DNA of 64,000 nucleotides from Kondoa subrosea (Eukaryota): NCBI GenBank assembly GCA_039545335.1, contig BCIN01000001.1, positions 1,286,604 to 1,350,603 of the forward strand, read 5' to 3'. Shown piece by piece: positions 62,171 to 64,000 of this stretch (position 1 is its first letter; each line of letters starts with the position of its first letter). The notes under the pieces were generated by a model. It saw only the letters and a program-made list of their open reading frames with translations, ran no database searches and was not told where the DNA came from. The position numbers and the translations under genes were made by a program.

Positions 62171-62792
62171 TGAGAAATGAGGAAGAAAGAGAGCAAGAAG
62201 AGAAAAGAAATCCAAGGTCATGCTCTGCCAAAGTTAAAGCCGTAAGGTCCGGACTGACGGTACATCACGCGAGCGGATCTTCGGCTCTAACTGAATGGAT
62301 CTTTGAAACAGGCAGAGAAGATCGGACGAATGTACAGACAGAAATTGACAAAAGACTGACTTGATGGTTGACAGGGGCCAATCTTGATTCTTCATGAATA
62401 TTAAGGCTCTGACTGCCTATTTCCGGACTCACCTTGTTGTCAGATGATATAGATACACGCATGACCTGCCGCGTTTCGTGATCTCGGACTTAGCAGATCA
62501 GCGATTACAGAGCACGCCCGTGACTAGACTGTTCGCGCTGGGAGTATCATGGCGCCGAATCACAGATACACTATCAGGCGCAGCGATAAGATGTAAGAGC
62601 AAAGAACCGAATGCTATAACAAGGCAGCCAAGTTCATGAGACTTTGAGACAAGGAGCATCAGACCAGACGCAGTATAAGATTACAGAGCAAGACACATCC
62701 GTGCCGCTCTCCATTGGGTATCTAGCAATCCAGAATTGACATGGCTTGTCGAGAACAACCGAACACGAATTTCGTGAATCAAGGCAGAAGCT

Positions 62793-64000
62793 ATGTCTGG
62801 CCCAATCTCAGCTCCCAAGCGCTCTCCAACACTGTTTAATCTCCTTAACAACCCATCAGATCCGCCAGCATTTGAGGAAACGCTTACCAATGATCAATCT
62901 GTTTTTGAACACGAGCAGCAACAGCAGCAGGATACCAGGCCAGCCAAACGCCAACGCTCATCTGAGCCAGATGCTCATTCTCAACCTCCTATACCTCAGC
63001 AACAGCAACAGCAACAGCAGCCTGTATTGATTCCATTAGAACCGTCTTACTTTGGTGTGGAACCTCATGATGATTTCACGAGAGAAGTTGGGAATTGGTT
63101 ATGGGGATGGTGTAAAGGTAGAGAACATGTCGAGATTGAAGCCAAGATTGGGATTCTGTTGGATGCCAATTCACCTAGACACGAACCACCTCGAAGGTTA
63201 TATTTCCCAGTAGCTACTGAATGCAGTCAGTCTCCTTTCTCTCCTCTTCTATTATTCGCAGAGTACTTATGCTGCTATATGATTAGTCATTACGGATCCT
63301 GGGATATGTAGATTCGAAAGCAACATGACAGCTCGACAACATGCATCTTTCAATGCTCTTCTCAATTCACGCGTAGAAGATCAAGCTTCACCTTCTTATC
63401 GAGGTGCAAGAATAAAACATCAACATACAAGGGAAATTGACTATTTTCACGAAACACCAGATAAGAAGAAAGTTAGGGTTACGATGGTTATATCACCTGA
63501 CAGCAAGGCGCCAACACCTAAACCTAATGGGATTGTGGAAAAGGAAAGAATAGCGAATATGAATATCTATAGCCCGAAACAAGGTTTCGATTTCAGGATA
63601 AGTGTGAGCGCTGAAAAGCCATGTATGTCTCGCCTTTTTCTTCTTTATCTTTTCATTCCCTGATATAATGTGTCATACAGTACCAGCACCACCAGCAGTC
63701 AAGCCAAATGCAGAAAGATATAAAGATCGAATATCCTACAATCATCAGATTCTTCAAATCGATCTTACAAGCGTCCAAGCAAGAGATGCGCAATCCCACC
63801 AAGCGACGACGATGCAAACATTTGAGCTGGAGATTGAGTTCAAAGACGTTGCGGAATTAATGAAAGAAGGAGCGAAGCAAGCTGCTGAAGATGGTCAGCC
63901 GAATTTATACTATGAGATGGTTCAGGTGTTTCTGAATACAATACGGATGTGAGTAGTGTGTACGTTCTACTATCACTGCATGCTGAGAAAGCGGCGAACA
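62793..64000 (+). CDS. CET1: mRNA 5'-triphosphatase (CYTH/TTM family), 3' end beyond window
   Basis: EIEAKIG, FESNMT, RVT, KERIANMNIYSP...DFRISVSAE, RYKDRISY, IDLT.V, FELEIEF; donor GTGAGT at 63949. Confidence 0.93.

Noticed and set aside
1..64000. CRISPR arrays, rRNA, tRNA, intact transposons, prokaryotic operons
   Set aside because: None recognised by eye; the sequence is spliceosomal-intron-rich fungal DNA. Small ncRNAs such as snoRNAs cannot be excluded without an Infernal/Rfam search

Overview
Eukaryotic, intron-rich, very gene-dense fungal DNA. It is probably a basidiomycete, and Pucciniomycotina is only a guess from gene style. Introns are typically about 50-60 nt with GT-AG ends and CTRAY-like branch points, so the ORF track fragments most genes. 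By manual splicing I support about 36 protein-coding genes: LOT5/pICln, an F-box protein, DCP2, PRS, IWR1, RCF2, RIM2, a ROM2-like RhoGEF, GMPPA-like, a BBE-like FAD oxidase, HTS1, TatD-like, UGE1/GAL10, a ferritin-like protein, NDUFA9, RCM1, a peroxisomal enoyl-CoA isomerase, TMA16, a TBC Rab-GAP, DGA1, a nicotinamidase-like enzyme, a sugar O-acetyltransferase, MIC60, a GPI mucin-like protein, CET1 (partial) and several hypothetical proteins. I recognised no rRNA, tRNA, CRISPR array or intact transposon. The most notable observations are: an apparently obligatory 2-nt micro-exon in UGE1; a hidden 10-exon tandem paralogue of a secreted ricin-B-like protein next to a secreted BBE-like oxidase; a signal-peptide-bearing nicotinamidase-like enzyme with altered pocket residues; hidden micro-proteins; a likely dual-targeted HisRS; recurrent GC-AG introns; and extremely short intergenic spacers. 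All gene models were read by eye and need RNA-seq confirmation.
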